Shown here: positions 12,401 to 27,400 of the stretch, one piece after another
Position numbering within the stretch: position 1 is the stretch's first letter
Layout: the number at the start of each line of letters is the position of its first letter
DNA from: Rhynchobatus australiae
Lineage: Eukaryota
Direction of reading: 5' to 3'
Assembly: GCA_034780895.1 (NCBI GenBank)
Contig: JAUZTB010000098.1
Location: forward strand, 76,848,993 to 76,912,992
Length of the DNA: 64,000 bases
Translations under genes and position numbers: made by a program
The notes under the pieces: model-generated
The model's database searches: none
The model's input: only the letters and a program-made list of their open reading frames with translations
What the model was told of the DNA's origin: nothing

Positions 12401-15400
12401 CCCCACACATCAAGTCTCCCATAGACAAGGCTATACTAGCCAGGTGACCAAACAGTTTTACAATGATCCACATCAATTATGTTGCCAAATTCACAGATCA
12501 CCCATGCACCATTCTATTATTCAAGATCTCACCAAAAAAACCTCTAAAATAGTCAGCTGTCATGTTGGCATAACTACCCCTTACACCAGAAAAAAACAAG
12601 CTAGTGATCCACATAGTGCTTTTTAAAGACTATCAAAATGAGCTATTGTGCCAAATCTGGTTACAACTTGCGTCAGATTTGAAGGCTTTCTGATCAATTA
12701 GGTTCTCATCAAGGCAACAGTTAACACGTATACACACAAAACAAAATATATACATTATCAAAGCACTCTGGACCACAGATGAATTTACTACTCAAGACAA
12801 AAATCATAAAATGCAGGCAAATTTTTAAAACAATTCTCTGGTGCAATTTATTACCAAAATAAACTTGGTACTATACCTTGTCCTTGGTTATCCTCTTGAA
12901 GACAAATACTTTTAACACCTTCCCTCCCTTGACCTCTTCCCTACAATACTCCACACTTTTAAGATGTTGCATATAACACTTAGATCAAGTAGATTGGACT
13001 GTGGCCAAACGAAGAAAATTCCAGATCCATATGATTCTTTTGTTATGGAGGCTTATGAAAAGTAACATCTTAAAGCTACTTTAACTACATTATAAATTAT
13101 TAGTGCCCAAGGTAATTACACTTTAAGCAGAAGGATTCTAACACAGTGCTTTACTAACTATACCAAAAGTCATCCCGGTGCCCATTCTTGAGCACATGGC
13201 ATTATATCTGTCTGCTGTTGACCCACATTACTTGTGGTGGTACATACATGTTGAACGTTGGGTGTGCTGACACTCCTCTTCATGTACTTCCCTTTTGATG
13301 AAAGTGCTTCTTTCACTGTAACTGCCTAATACAATGATTTAAAAAAAACAAGTTAACATGTGCATAATGAAGGAGCCACTCATGAATAGACTGTTTTAAA
13401 TGTAAACATTAATAAATGACAAAGCAGTTGCCTACAATAACTGAAACTCCTGGAAACAACACACAATATATCAGCTATGAGCCTACGATTTTTTTGTGGA
13501 CAATTCTTCTGATGGTCCAAATTTGGACAAATGCAGAATCTTGTTACATTCAAGAATGCTGTTAAAACATATGCTTGAACTGTGCAATACAGGGCTAGCC
13601 ACACACAATTCTGGGGTGCTAAATTATTGGGACTGTGACTGATTGAAGCCACTTTTCACAATTGAGAGAGACTTGTGTTTTCACTGCTTACCCCCCCATC
13701 CCCCATTCACAACTTCCCTCTGCATTCATTACCTTCAGTCACCAGATAACAAATCACTATTAATGCCTCAACAAAGTCACACCTCATATTTTGCAAGCTA
13801 ATATTGCAACAGGGACCACAGATTACACTCAAGAGCCACAATAACAAATCAGGACTGATGAAGGGCCTGAAACATCAACTGTTCATGTCCCTCCACAGAT
13901 GCTTCCTGACCTGCTGAGTTCCTCCAGCTTTTTGTGTTCTTTGCTTCAGATTTCCAGCATCTGCAGTCTCTCATACATAACAAACCATACCATCCTTTTT
14001 GATGATGACTCTATCATTTTTCATAGACATTTTACTAGATGAACTACTCAATAGACATTGTAACATTTTAGCTAATTTAATTATTATCCCTTTGTGACAG
14101 AATAGCTGAAATCTGAACAGTGTACACATTCTTATCACCACAAACATTTGGGGAGCGCCTGGGCAGTTTTCTTCAGACACTCAGAGCAGACACTTGTCAG
14201 CACTTTAAGTACAGACTCTGACCTGTCGGAGTCGTTCCAAGCTCAGGATGTTTTCTACCTCTAACACTCCTCTTGTATACTTCTCAATGTAGGTTTCGCC
14301 ATCACCAGAACCATTATTTTCACTCTTAGCTGCCATTAGTGCCAGAGTCTCTCGATCTTCCGTCTCTTCTGAGGCCTGCAGGGAATAAGGGCAATTCATC
14401 AGCCTTATGAAAAATACAAATAGCAGTTGAATTGTTTAACATTCACTATTGCATTTCCAGAAGTGAAAATATGAAGTTTAATTACTACTACGAATAGAAA
14501 AGTTGTAGGTTAAGTTTCAAGTATAACTGAATAAACAAGTAAAAATACAACTCTCCCTGAATGCATGATCAATCAAGCCCTGGCTGAATCGTGGTTTGAT
14601 CAACTCTCACATAGGAATTTGCTAATAACAGGAGAAATAACAGGAAGACCCNNNNNNNNNNNNNNNNNNNNNNNNNNNNNNNNNNNNNNNNNNNNNNNNN
14701 NNNNNNNNNNNNNNNNNNNNNNNNNNNNNNNNNNNNNNNNNNNNNNNNNNNNNNNNNNNNNNNNNNNNNNNNNNNNNNNNNNNNNNNNNNNNNNNNNNNN
14801 NNNNNNNNNNNNNNNNNNNNNNNNNNNNNNNNNNNNNNNNNNNNNTTTAAAAAATGCGTTTCTTCCAGATTCTCCTCTTCCACATTGATATTCTGCGTCA
14901 AGTGTTAGGAACCTTCAAGGACCTTATCTTAGCCCCCAGTGTTATGGGCAACATTGTCAGCAGCAGGTGATACTACAGGGAAAACTGATCCAGGTTCAGT
15001 CAGATGTTGACACTTAGACACCCTTCAACCAGAGCACAGTAGAAAATTTGGCCTTTTCTTCTTTTTCACTCAGGCTAAATGTAATATTGTTATTTTTGTG
15101 CTGACTGGGTGTCCTTGTACACCAGTCTCTGAAAGCCAGCGTTCAGGTGCAGCAGGCAGTTCGGAAGGCAAATGATATGGTGGTCCTTATTGCAGAAGGG
15201 TTTGGGTACAGGAGCAAGGATATCTTGCTGGAGCTCCTGGAGTGTTGTGTGCAGTTCTGGAAAAGACATTCTTGCCATGAAGGGAGTAAAGCAAAAGTAT
15301 ACCAGAGTGATTCTTGGCATGGCAGGAATGATGCACGAGGAAAGATTAGGTCCATTGGAACTTAATCCATTGGCATTTAAAAGAATAAAATGGGATTTCG

Positions 15401-18400
15401 TGAAAACCTCTAAAACCCTGACCGGACGTGACAGATTAGATTCGGGGAGAACGTTCCCAATGGTGGGGGAGTCTAGAACCAGAGTTTATCATGTCACAAT
15501 ACAGGGTCTGCCATTTTGAATGGAGATCAGAGATACTTCTTCACTCAGAGGATGAATTCTCTACCGTAGAGGACTGTAGAGACCAAGTCATCAAATGTAC
15601 NNNNNNNNNNNNNNNNNNNNNNNNNNNNNNNNNNNNNNNNNNNNNNNNNNNNNNNNNNNNNNNNNNNNNNNNNNNNNNNNNNNNNNNNNNNNNNNNNNNN
15701 AGAGACCAAGTCATCAAATGTACACAAGGAGGAGGTGGATATATTTCTGAATGCAAAGGTGTTCAGGGATATTGGGAGAAAGCAGGATCATGGTACTGAA
15801 GTGGCTGATCAGCTATGATCATTATGAATGATTGAGCAAATCAAAAGGGCTGAATGGCCAATTCATTCCTGCCCCAAATTTCTATGTCACAGGGACTTTC
15901 AGGTGCTGACCCATAGAACTTCAGTGTCGTACAGATCCTCCTGAAGAAGTCTGATGACAGTAAGTGTCTGAACAACTCAAAAAGAACCCACAGGCTTCCC
16001 ACTCATCTAATACTTCTCCCATTTAACAAAGAGATCTGTTCTCTCGCTAATGGTGTGAATTTATGGCCAACCTTGCTAAACAGCAGAAATTTTTTTTCCT
16101 TAAGGATTTACATGCCGTAGCTAACTATGGCTAAGTCGCCCGAAACTTCTTTCAAACGAAGCAGAGGATGAAGTGCACCCCTTTAATTTGGGATTCAAAA
16201 TTTCAGCAAGCAAAAGCTTAACATTTTAACCCATATGTCTTAATTTTCACAAACCCAGTACTTCTTCAACAGCTTATTAATTATGATTATCCTATTGAAA
16301 TAACCAGTTTTCTTCATTATCTGATTGTCAGACATTGATTTACCTTGGGTATGTTGGAAACTATTTCGTAGGTAACTCCACACGAATGAAGAATATATTT
16401 GTAGGACATTCTTCGCTTCAGACTCTGTGTAAAACTCTGTAAAAAGTCATTAGAAGAGTATTTTTGATTTAAGAATATAATTAAATTAATTCTTCCCTCT
16501 AAGAGCAATTTAACAGGCAGTATAAAAATAATACAATGGGATACTTTTATCAATTCTCTTCTCTTTAAATGTTGGCTTTCCTTAGTGGATCAGATGCATA
16601 CCCATGGCTTTCTTTTTGAAACTGTCCACCACCATTATGAACCCTAAACTTCAGTTAAAATTACCTTAGAAAAATTAAAAGACTGGATTTAAAAATGAAA
16701 AATGGGTCAGCCAAGACACCAGAGCAACAAGAAAAGCAGAGTAGGCTAAGTAGTCTGTGATTACTGATACCTTAAAGTCCCATCAACTACAGTCACAAAC
16801 CAGAAGTATGATGCAATATTCACCTGTACGTGTCACCCAGATACAGTGATTTTACTGTCCATGCCACTGGATATAATATCCACTGTCAGTTCACGTTGTG
16901 TACCAATTTTAACTAAACCTGCATTGCAGCATCTTAAAACTATTTCAACAGGACCTTTCTTCCCTGAAAATTCTAATTGAGAGGAAGACAAGAGGAACAT
17001 TATCAATGACAGCATCACCAATAAGTGATTTGGACTTCTACCCTTTCCCTCAGTGCCCCTTGAATTTCCTACCTAACATCTGTGCAACAAGAGAGCAGTG
17101 TGCAAGGAAAAGATCTGCCACTATCCTACCCTCACTGTGCAAAAGGATAGTAATAAATATGGACTAACCAGGAATGCACAAATCCCAAGTTCAAATATTT
17201 ACAAATATACACCTGAAGTTCAGTACAAAGTAGCTACGGCATAGGACTGGAAGCAAACTTGTGAAGAATGAACCAGGCTAGAATAAATCTATTTCTTTCC
17301 ACTCTGCTACCAAACATGCACTGGTTTTGGATTCTGAATGCACTAACAGCAGACCTGCAGCACTAGTTTCAAATCAAACCAGTTTTAGTATGGATGCAAT
17401 CTAAAATGTGGCAGCTATTTGTTCAAACAAGATGGACAGATGTTGATCCATGACTTTCCACAGCACATTATTGCTTGCTGCTATTTAACAAGGCAAATCA
17501 TCATAACTGTCCCTCATAAATATATAAGTCATTAATAAAGGAAAGCTTAATATTTCACATGGATGCTTTTTCCTCCCTGCAGGTCAAAGTGGTGGGGTAC
17601 GAGCTAGATTCCCTGCTAAAGTTCATTGGGAGGAAGGGGAATTATTGGAGGTGATGTTGCAGTTTTCCTTTGCTTCCCTGGAAAATATCAGATTTTTTTG
17701 TTCATTTACATCAATAATGTCATACCTGCTTATTGTAAACATTGACTGCTATACGTTTACGTAACACCAACTCCACAGCAGCTGGGTGGCTGAGCTGCAC
17801 TGTAACCTTTACAATCAAATAGATGCGTTCATTCTGGCTGGTAACTTTGTTCAAATATATTGAATCATGGACCGATGAGTCCCAGGAAGCAACAGCTGAG
17901 ACCTAGAGGCAAGAAGAGAAAATTTCCTGGCTTCTAACAGATTCTTAAGTTTCTACGTTAAAGCTACCAGTACTTTTGCAGTTAAATATCATCACACATT
18001 GGACATGCATTTTATTGCTATAATTAATGTGAAGTAAGGAAAAAAAGTTTTACTGTGCACTTGGATTTTTAACTCAGAAAATGAGCTCAGTAAAATGTAT
18101 TCATTGATTTTCCCTTTCCTCTTCCCCTTGGGAAGTTGTTGATGTGACATACATCAGCTGCCAATTATGTAAGCACTGAGATCCACTCTGTGAGCTCCAA
18201 TAAAAGTCCTGGAACACACTGACAAGGATGCCAAAAATAATTTGCATCAGCCAAGCACATAGCCACACTACACTGCTATTGATTTTTTTTAGTTCCATCA
18301 CTTTCTGATCAGCTTTCAGAGTTAAACTAGACGTTCAGCTTCAATAGTGCATGCTCACAGACCTTATCACTGATACCATCCTAGCACTTTATAGCATTTT

Positions 18401-21400
18401 GTGGAAATGAAGAAAAAATACTTCATAAACCATTAGACACTGAGTANNNNNNNNNNNNNNNNNNNNNNNNNNNNNNNNNNNNNNNNNNNNNNNNNNNNNN
18501 NNNNNNNNNNNNNNNNNNNNNNNNNNNNNNNNNNNNNNNNNNNNNNNNNNNNNNNNNNNNNNNNNNNNNNNNNNNNNNNNNNNTTTGCTACACAGTAGCA
18601 CAGTAAATATTTCAGACTCTTTTTGGTAATTGAACCAGCAGGTATTGAACAGCAGGATAATCTGATACTCAATACCAAAGGTTTCATTTCTGTTTTGCAT
18701 TCAGCAAATGGTTCTTAAATTATAAATGTCTGTCTCTACAGCTTGAAGGATGATTCTTCAGTCTGGCACTCCCACCAGGTAGTGACATTATTGTAGAAAA
18801 AGGTTTGGTACATGCAGCTTGAAAGTCTCTCATCTGTTCTATGTGCCCACTACTCAAATACTTAATTACTGATACCCCTCCCCTATACTCCAAGAAATTT
18901 CTTTCAAACCAGTTCCTTCTCTTTTGATAAAAATGGTATAGGTATCTACCAGGCAAGGGATGCTTGTGCTGTGAAATAGAGCATTTCCCCATCTTGGCAC
19001 TGTGCGGCAATTTCAAGCACATAATCTGCAGAGCAAATACCCGTCAAATGACCCACTGGTATGTGTGGCTTTTTAAATGAGTTCTCCTGTTTCTCTGTGG
19101 AATAAATGTCAGAGGGCAGCCAGCTCTAGCCTGCTGGACTCNNNNNNNNNNNNNNNNNNNNNNNNNNNNNNNNNNNNNNNNNNNNNNNTGAAGTAAGGTG
19201 CTCAAAACTAATATGCTCAGTGAAGATACTATTCAATTCATGCAATGGAACTACTTTTCCTCTCTTGAGGATATGCTTATCTATATTATAGATTGTAGTT
19301 AATAAGCAGTTTGAGGAGGCAGAGACAGGAATGAACTATGAAGTAAATCATTGTTGAAAATATCAGATTATGCAAGAGTAATCCCTTCTGAACATTGAGA
19401 TATTTACTGGAGATTAACTCTTGGTTAAGCAAGGCCTCAATTCTAAAAGATGAGTTTTCAAATCCCTTCAAGGCTTCATTTCAATCACCTTCTCTGATCA
19501 TACAACCAGATTCCTCCAGTTCTTGCATATTCCAAATTTTCAACACTCCATTTTTGGCAGCTGTGCCAATTTTTTTTCTGGTAGCACTTTTATCAAGTAC
19601 CTTTGAACATTTTAGTGTTAAACTGGTTTAGGAAGGAAGTTTCATTGGATGAATTACTAAAATAAACCTCCCCTCCATTGATTCTGTCCACACTTCCACT
19701 GCCTCGAGAAAACAGCCAGCATAATCAAGGACCTCTCCCACCCTGGTCATTTTCTCTTCTCCCCCTTTCCATCAGGCAGAAGAAACAATAGCTTGAGAAT
19801 ACATACCACAGACTCAAGGACAGCTTCTACCCTGCTGTTATAAAACTCTTAAACAGACCTCGTATGAAAAAGATGAACTCTTGATCTCTCATTCTACCCT
19901 GTCATGGGCCTTGCACTTTAGTTGTCTACCTGCACTGCACTTTCTCTGTAACTGTAACACGATATCCTGCATTGTTTTTTTTTCCCTTTTGTACTACTGA
20001 GCTGTTCTTATGTATAGAATGGTCTGTCTGGATGGCATTCAAGCAAAAGCTTCTCATTGTATCTCGTCACATGTGACAATAATAAACCAATTACCAATGA
20101 GTGAAGGTGGTACAATGGCTCAGCAGTTAAAACTGCTGCTTCACATCTCCAGCAATCTAGGTTTAACCCTAACCTCGGGAGCTTTCGTAGGTGGATTTTG
20201 GACATTTTCCCTGTGATTGCATGGTTTTCCGCAGGTGCTCCAGTTTCCTTCCACACCTAAAAGATGTGTGGGTTGACAGGTTAAGTGGTTGCTTTAAATT
20301 ATCTTGAACATAGATACGAATTATGGTTGGGTTAATTGGCACATGGGATGGAACACTACAAGGAAGTAGATGGCTAAATGAGATTACTAAAGAACTTTCT
20401 CTGAAGTGCCTCTCGTGCAAATAAATCCCTCAACAAAGATCCAAGCTATAAGCAATACTCCAAATGAGGAACAAATAAACAAACTGCTGGAGGAACTCAG
20501 TGGGTCAGGCAGCATCTGTGGAAGGAAATGGACAGTCAACATTTCAGATCAAGATGCTTCACGTGGACCCGAAATTTCGACTGTCCATTTCCCTCCACAG
20601 ATAATGCCTCATCTGCTGAGTTCCTACAGCAGTTTGTTTTTTGCTCCAGGTTCCAGCATCTGCAGTCTTTTGTGAATCCAGATGTGATCTTGCCAACAGT
20701 TGCAACACATAGCTTGAAGGTCTCAATGAAATCCTAAATCGGGAAGGAACATGAGAATGCAAGTAAATAAAGCAATGATTTTGCCATGCTGTGTAATTAT
20801 TGAATTATGAAACAGTAAAATACACAGCAGAGATGTGTGATGAGAAAGACAAAATGAACAGGAAGCAGAGTTGTCATGAGACAGATTTCCACAAAGCAAT
20901 GAATGTGATGCAGCAAAACTTGAAAGCTTTTGATTGAATAGAGAAACAAGCAGTTGAGAAGGCAAAGAGAGAAATTAACCTATGAAGTAAATGATTAGTG
21001 AAAATATCACATTATATAATGTCAATCCCTTCTGAAAATTGAGGTATTCACTGGAGATTAGCTCTTGGTTAAGCAAGGCCTTAGTTTATTTTAAGGGGCC
21101 TTGAAAACAGAAGAAGATGCTAAATCCAGGGCTGATGATACAGCAGTAGTTAAATGGAGAAGCAGAAAAAAAAACTAAAGGCTGAGAGGGGAGAGGAAAG
21201 AAATGGGTGGGAAATAGTAACATGATTCAATAGGTTCCAAAACAAGTTAGAGGAAGAACTGTTATGATTGGGCATGGAAAAAGATATTATGTAAGATGCA
21301 AGAGTGCCAGATGAATGACTTGGATCTGGCCAAGTCTGTTCCTGAACCAGCACCGTCACTTGCATCCCATCTCTCCCTGACTTTACCTGGTTCAGCTTTC

Positions 21401-24400
21401 AAAGGCCTAACTTACTGGCTAAAGAGCAACTTGGAATCCATTGCAGAGGCCCCNNNNNNNNNNNNNNNNNNNNNNNNNNNNNNNNNNNNNNNNNNNNNNN
21501 NNNNNNNNNNNNNNNNNNNNNNNNNNNNNNNNNNNNNNNNNNNNNNNNNNNNNNNNNNNNNNNNNNNNNNNNNNNNNNNNNNNNNNNNNNNNNNNNNNNN
21601 NNNNNNNNNNNNNNNNNNNNNNNNNNNNNNNNNNNNNNNNNNNNNNNNNNNNNNNNNNNNNNNNNNNNNNNNNNNNNNNNNNNNNNNNNNNNNNNNNNNN
21701 NNNNNNNNNNNNNNNNNNNNNNNNNNNNNNNNNNNNNNNNNNNNNNNNNNNNNNNNNNNNNNNNNNNNNNNNNNNNNNNNNNNNNNNNNNTTATTAGTAG
21801 GTTCTCCAGCACTAAGTGCTGGGAAGTTGCAGCAAGTTTTTGTTCCACTGCTGGACACCATGCACAGTCCAGCAACAGAGCTTAGTGACAGCTTCATCAC
21901 GCAAAATTTGTCTGCAATTTCAGGGCTTCTTCATATGGGGGTTAATGCCAGCAGTTTGGCATTGACCTGCAGGCATCTGACAGTAAGACTTAATTCACAA
22001 ACTGCTCTGCATTAGTTGGGGCTCAAGTATAGTAATAGAGTGAACAACTGCAGAAAGCAATAGAGCATTAATATCTGGATGGAAGTCAAAATTGGAAATG
22101 CTACTGAGTTCTGAGTTGCTGAATATCACAGCACATTTAAATATGCAACTTGTATTACAGTACCTTTTTTCATACAGGAAAAGAGAATAGACCACTTAAC
22201 TAGAGATTCTAGCCTAACATAGTCAGAGGATATGCTTCAGGCAGCCAGAACATGGTAGCACATAAAAATAGCAAAGTGTTGTTGGAACAGTTGGTGAGTT
22301 CACATCTGGAGTACTGCTTAAAGCTTGGGTCTTTTTTTATATATAAAAAAAGGAGATACTTTGGAGAAAGTTCACTGGGTTGATTCCTGGTGTGAAATGT
22401 TGAAGAGTTTGCGCAGGTTGGGTCTTCACTCATTGAAGGTTAGGAAAATTAGAGATGATCTTATTAGAAGTAAATGAAAAATAGCCACTGGTGTTATCAA
22501 TAGCCCAAATCTGTTCCTCACCACTTGGTGACTCCTATCCGATGCTATTCTCTTTCTCTGGAGTATTACATGGATGCAGTTAGAACTTCCTAAAAATAAT
22601 AATTCGTATAACATCACAAACTTTCTCCCACAGTACATGGAAAAAATCAAAGTTTGGGCAGCAACTAGGGCAGGTACCTTGGGGCTTAGAAGTGAAAAAG
22701 ACAGACTCCTTGAGCAAGAAAGAATATTGAGTTCCGATGTGAATTGTAGATGGGTGCAAACTAGTGTGGATTGAGAGGAGGGGGGGTAACATTAGGGTGT
22801 GAAGAATGTCAGACAGAACTGGGAAGGCAAAAGGAGCATCAGAGTAAATTGTGGAGATGGGGCAGAAAAATGCCAGCTGTAGGCTGATAGAGTAACATAA
22901 TGAAATGGGAGAGGGGAAAAAGGACTGGATACATGGAAAGAATGGAAATGAGCAAGAACCTGTAGTTGTGGAGCTGGGTGGAATTAGTATTTAAATTTAC
23001 TCAAAGCTGGAAGGCAAAGTAACTGCAATTCAGAAAGGGAGAGATTGAATCCAGGGCTTTAAAATAATTTAACCTTAATAAAAACACTTATACGCAGTGT
23101 ATGATGCTGCACAAATTTTGTCACAAGGCAGCCTATGGTGGGGTAAACCAAAAGGAACCTGCTTTTCTCTAACAAGTCCATCACCCTTCTGGCAGTACAT
23201 GCTAACCAAAGTGCTAAATGTTGTCAATGGTACAATGTGGTGGCAATTTTGCCTCAGCTGCACATGGTGTGAGAGGTACTACATGACAGAACAGGTTGCT
23301 CTGAAACCACACCACACTCACGGGTCTATACTGGAGCAAGACTGGATTTAGTAAAGTTCCTGAAAGGGGATTCAAATCTACACTGACTCAGAGACAAGAG
23401 TGTGACCACAGAGATATTCTCAACATCTTGTTCCGTCTCAATTAGGAAAAATTGTCCCTCCAGAAAGCGATTCCAGATGTCAACAGCTGCACCAATCCAT
23501 CTGATACTATGTTCAGGTAGAGACACAGGAGACTGCAGATGCTGGAATCTGCAGCAACAATCTGCTGGAAGAACTCAGTGGGTCGAGCAACATATGTGGG
23601 AGGAGAGTATTGTCAATGTTTCAGGTCAAAACCCTGCCTCAGTTTCCATGAGGAAACCCAGCAGAGTTCCTGCTGTGTACCCCCAGCACATTGCTCATTG
23701 CACTATATTCAGGTAGCTGCATGCTACATTGTCACATTCGCAAGAACTGCTTACTGAACACTGGCACTGAATTAAACCATTTCTTCAGTAATTTTACTTA
23801 CAACAAAAAGCTTTATGTTATGTTCATAAATGGTTAAACACTTAAGAAAATAGCTCTAACCATGTTACTAAATTACTGTAAATGAAAATCAATTAAAAAA
23901 ATACAGTTGCTGGAAATCTGAAATAAAAACAGAAAATGCTGCAAAAACTCAGGTCAAGAAGCACTTATGCAAATAGAAACAGCGAATGCTTCAGGTCAAA
24001 AACCCTTTATCAGAACTGAGAAAGCAGGAATGCTAGCTGGTCGAGGGAGNNNNNNNNNNNNNNNNNNNNNNNNNNNNNNNNNNNNNNNNNNNNNNNNNNN
24101 NNNNNNNNNNNNNNNNNNNNNNNNNNNNNNNNNNNNNNNNNNNNNNNNNGGTCGAGGGAGGAGAGAAGGCAGGGGAGGGCAATGGGTGGAACAGGAATTT
24201 CTGTGATGGGTGGAATAATATAGCCAGAGGGGCAGTTAAGCTTCTTTGTCTAATGTCCAGCTGACCAGAATGTACAAATGAAAGAAAAAGCAAGCAAAAA
24301 ATGGCCAGTCCTGATACAAACAGAAAGAAAGCGTGAATTATCTAAGGTTGGAGAATTCAATATCAGTCCTGCAGGCTGCAATGTGCCCAGACAAAAGATG

Positions 24401-27400
24401 AGATGTTGTTCCTCCAAAGCACGTTGGGCTCATTGTAGCAAATCAGGAGGCCAGAGACAAGAGAAGTAAGAATGGAGTGGGAAGGGGAATTGAAGTGGCA
24501 GGCAACAGGAAGCTCAGGGTCACTCCTGTGGACTGAGCCCAGGTGATCCACAAAACGATCACCCAATCTGCATTTGATTTCCCTAATATACAGGAAGCCG
24601 CGTTACTAAATTATAGAGCACTCAATATGGCTTATAAATAAGGAACTTGACTAATGGTACTGCTTTTATACTAATATGATTTACACATCCGGTGTAAGAT
24701 TCAAAGAAAATTGCATTGTTTTGATCTGCAGAAAATTTTCAGAGTGATTTCAATTAGCAAAAGAAGTCTGTTCTCAGTTTTGCAGGAAGGCTGCGGCACA
24801 GAAGGTGATTCTACCCTTTGACTACATACTGGTTATATGCAAGAACTATCCCACTCCACTGCTCACACCTGCATTTTATTTTCCTTTAGAATACTTATCC
24901 AGTTCCAGTACTAGGCAGATCAGGAAATAGAATACCACATGAAGCATTAAAATTATGGCTGAAACAGTTATAACACAGGTATAAATATATTTTAATAAAT
25001 ATAAAATATTTAACATAATAAATTATTATGAATTAAATATATAAATATGATATTAAATGGCTGAACAGTATTGGCTTTGAAACTTTTCACAAATTCTATG
25101 GATAAATCAATGATGCTCAAATATAGTTAATGAATTATATGCAAGTGTTAGAGATGGAAGATACAGGGGCAAATAAGCACTGGAATTCTAGATGAACCAG
25201 AAATGTAAATTTACAGGGTTCTGTACCTCATCTTCACTGTGCTTGATAATAGGCAAATAAAAGAATTGGCTGCCATGTTCCTTTGGTAAGATGGAATTCA
25301 CTCCTGGTGCATGGGGACCTGTCAGCTGTTCATTTGCACGGAGGTCATCAGCTTAAAAAAAATACAAATAGGAACGAATGAAAGACCAAAGAAACCTCCA
25401 AAGCAACCAGAACCTACTTTTGCCTGGCCATTGAGATTAACAACCAGCTTTTACAAAATAGTCCAATATTTTGTATCTCTACATGTCCAGCTGCCTGGAT
25501 CTCAACTCTGCCTCACTGAGCAATCACTCCTGGACTTGAAGTTCTTCAAGCCCTTAACAAGACAATGAGACTCTACATATTGCTCCATTTTTAGAATCCC
25601 TGATCTTAACTGCTCCAACCCTGGCGGTTGTGTTTTCAACTGTCCTAACTCTAAACTCTGGAATATCCTCTCCAAGCACTCCACCTTCTTTCAGTTGCTC
25701 CTTAACCAAGCTTTTGGTCAGGGTGTCCTGATATTTCCTTCTGTTGCATGCTATCANNNNNNNNNNNNNNNNNNNNNNNNNNNNNNNNNNNNNNNNNNNN
25801 NNNNNNNNNNNNNNNNNNNNNNNNNNNNNNNNNNNNNNNNNNNNNNNNNNNNNNNNNNNNNNNNNNNNNNNNNNNNNNNNNNNNNNNNNNNNNNNNNNNN
25901 NNNNNNNNNNNNNNNNNNNNNNNNNNNNNNNNNNNNNNNNNNNNNNNNNNNNNNNNNNNNNNNNNNNNNNNNNNNNNNNNNNCTTCAACACCTCATTTTC
26001 ACTAAATTTGTTGCCACAGTGAGAATGATACTGGTCTTCAACTTCCACCTGTATTATTCAAAGCAATCTAGAGTAGGTGGCAGGAAAAGATCTATTTCAC
26101 TATTCATGGAGAATTTGCCTGGGTTTGCTCAGCACTTTCCTCAGCTGGGTCTTGGAATAAAAATCATTATTGTCCCAGCAAGGGAGGCAGGCATTCATTG
26201 ATCCATCCATCCTGCTCCAGCTCTCTACAACAGCAATTCAGTCAGTCCAATTCCATGGTTCAATCCACATGAGCCTCTCGTGTGTCTCCCTAAAGTATCT
26301 TCCCAGCTCCCATTTTATAAGTCAAGATTTAAATAAAGCGCCACCAAGGCTCTCTGCTTCATATTCATGCTGTCAATGCCCCTTTTATTCAAATCAACTT
26401 CAGTTCCATGGTCAATTGTATTATGGGGCACTTCATCAAATGTCTTTTGAAAGATCATATACACAACATCAATCCTGATACCTCAGAAAAAATAATTACA
26501 TTTGACATGTGCAATTTATCTTTAACAAATCCATGCTGATTTTTCTTCAATTCAATGCAAAGCATACCTGTCCAAATAATTACTCATTTTGTTTCTGGCA
26601 ATTTCCTGAACATTGAGATCCAATTAAACCCTTAATTCCTTGGGTTTATCTTCACAACTTTTCTTTGAAGAAGGGCCCAATGTTTGAAATCATTTAGTCC
26701 TAAGGTGGGTTGGAAGATTCTCCACAATTTGGATCCTTAATTCCCTCAATGATAGCCTGACTCACATACCCAAGTACATCCAAATTTCTAGTAGCTCCCC
26801 TTCATCAAATTTTAGCCTATCCTGTTCTCAACTATATCCCTCTTTTACTGTGATTTTGGCAAGACTTCTTTGGGAAGACAAATACAAAGTACTCAGTTAC
26901 ACCTCCATGCAAGCATCTTTTTAGTTTATAATCATAGTACCTGTTTATTATTTATAGGCCTACAGAATCCTTTTTTGATTTTCTTTTATATTATCTGGCA
27001 GTCTATTTTCATATCATTCTACTCCACATTTTTATTTACTTAACTTCCCTTCTGATCTTTAATTTACATTTGGCTTGATTCCCCCTTTAGCAACCTGACA
27101 GCTATCACTGATCCTCTTTTTTGGCTTCATGTCACTCTACATTTTTTTTGCCATCCATCCAAGGTGTTGTAATTTTGGTTGCCTTACCATTTGCTCAGGT
27201 TGGAATGTACCATGATATACGCACATTCATTTTCTCTCCAAATGCTGCCAATTGTTCAATTACAGATTTACCTGTCAATCATGTATTCTAATTTAGCCTC
27301 TACAGGTCCATTTGCAACCAAATAAAACTGGTACTTCCCAAATGAGTTAAATCCATCTGGAATTGCTTTTTTTTAAACTATTGAAATTGCTTTTTTATAT

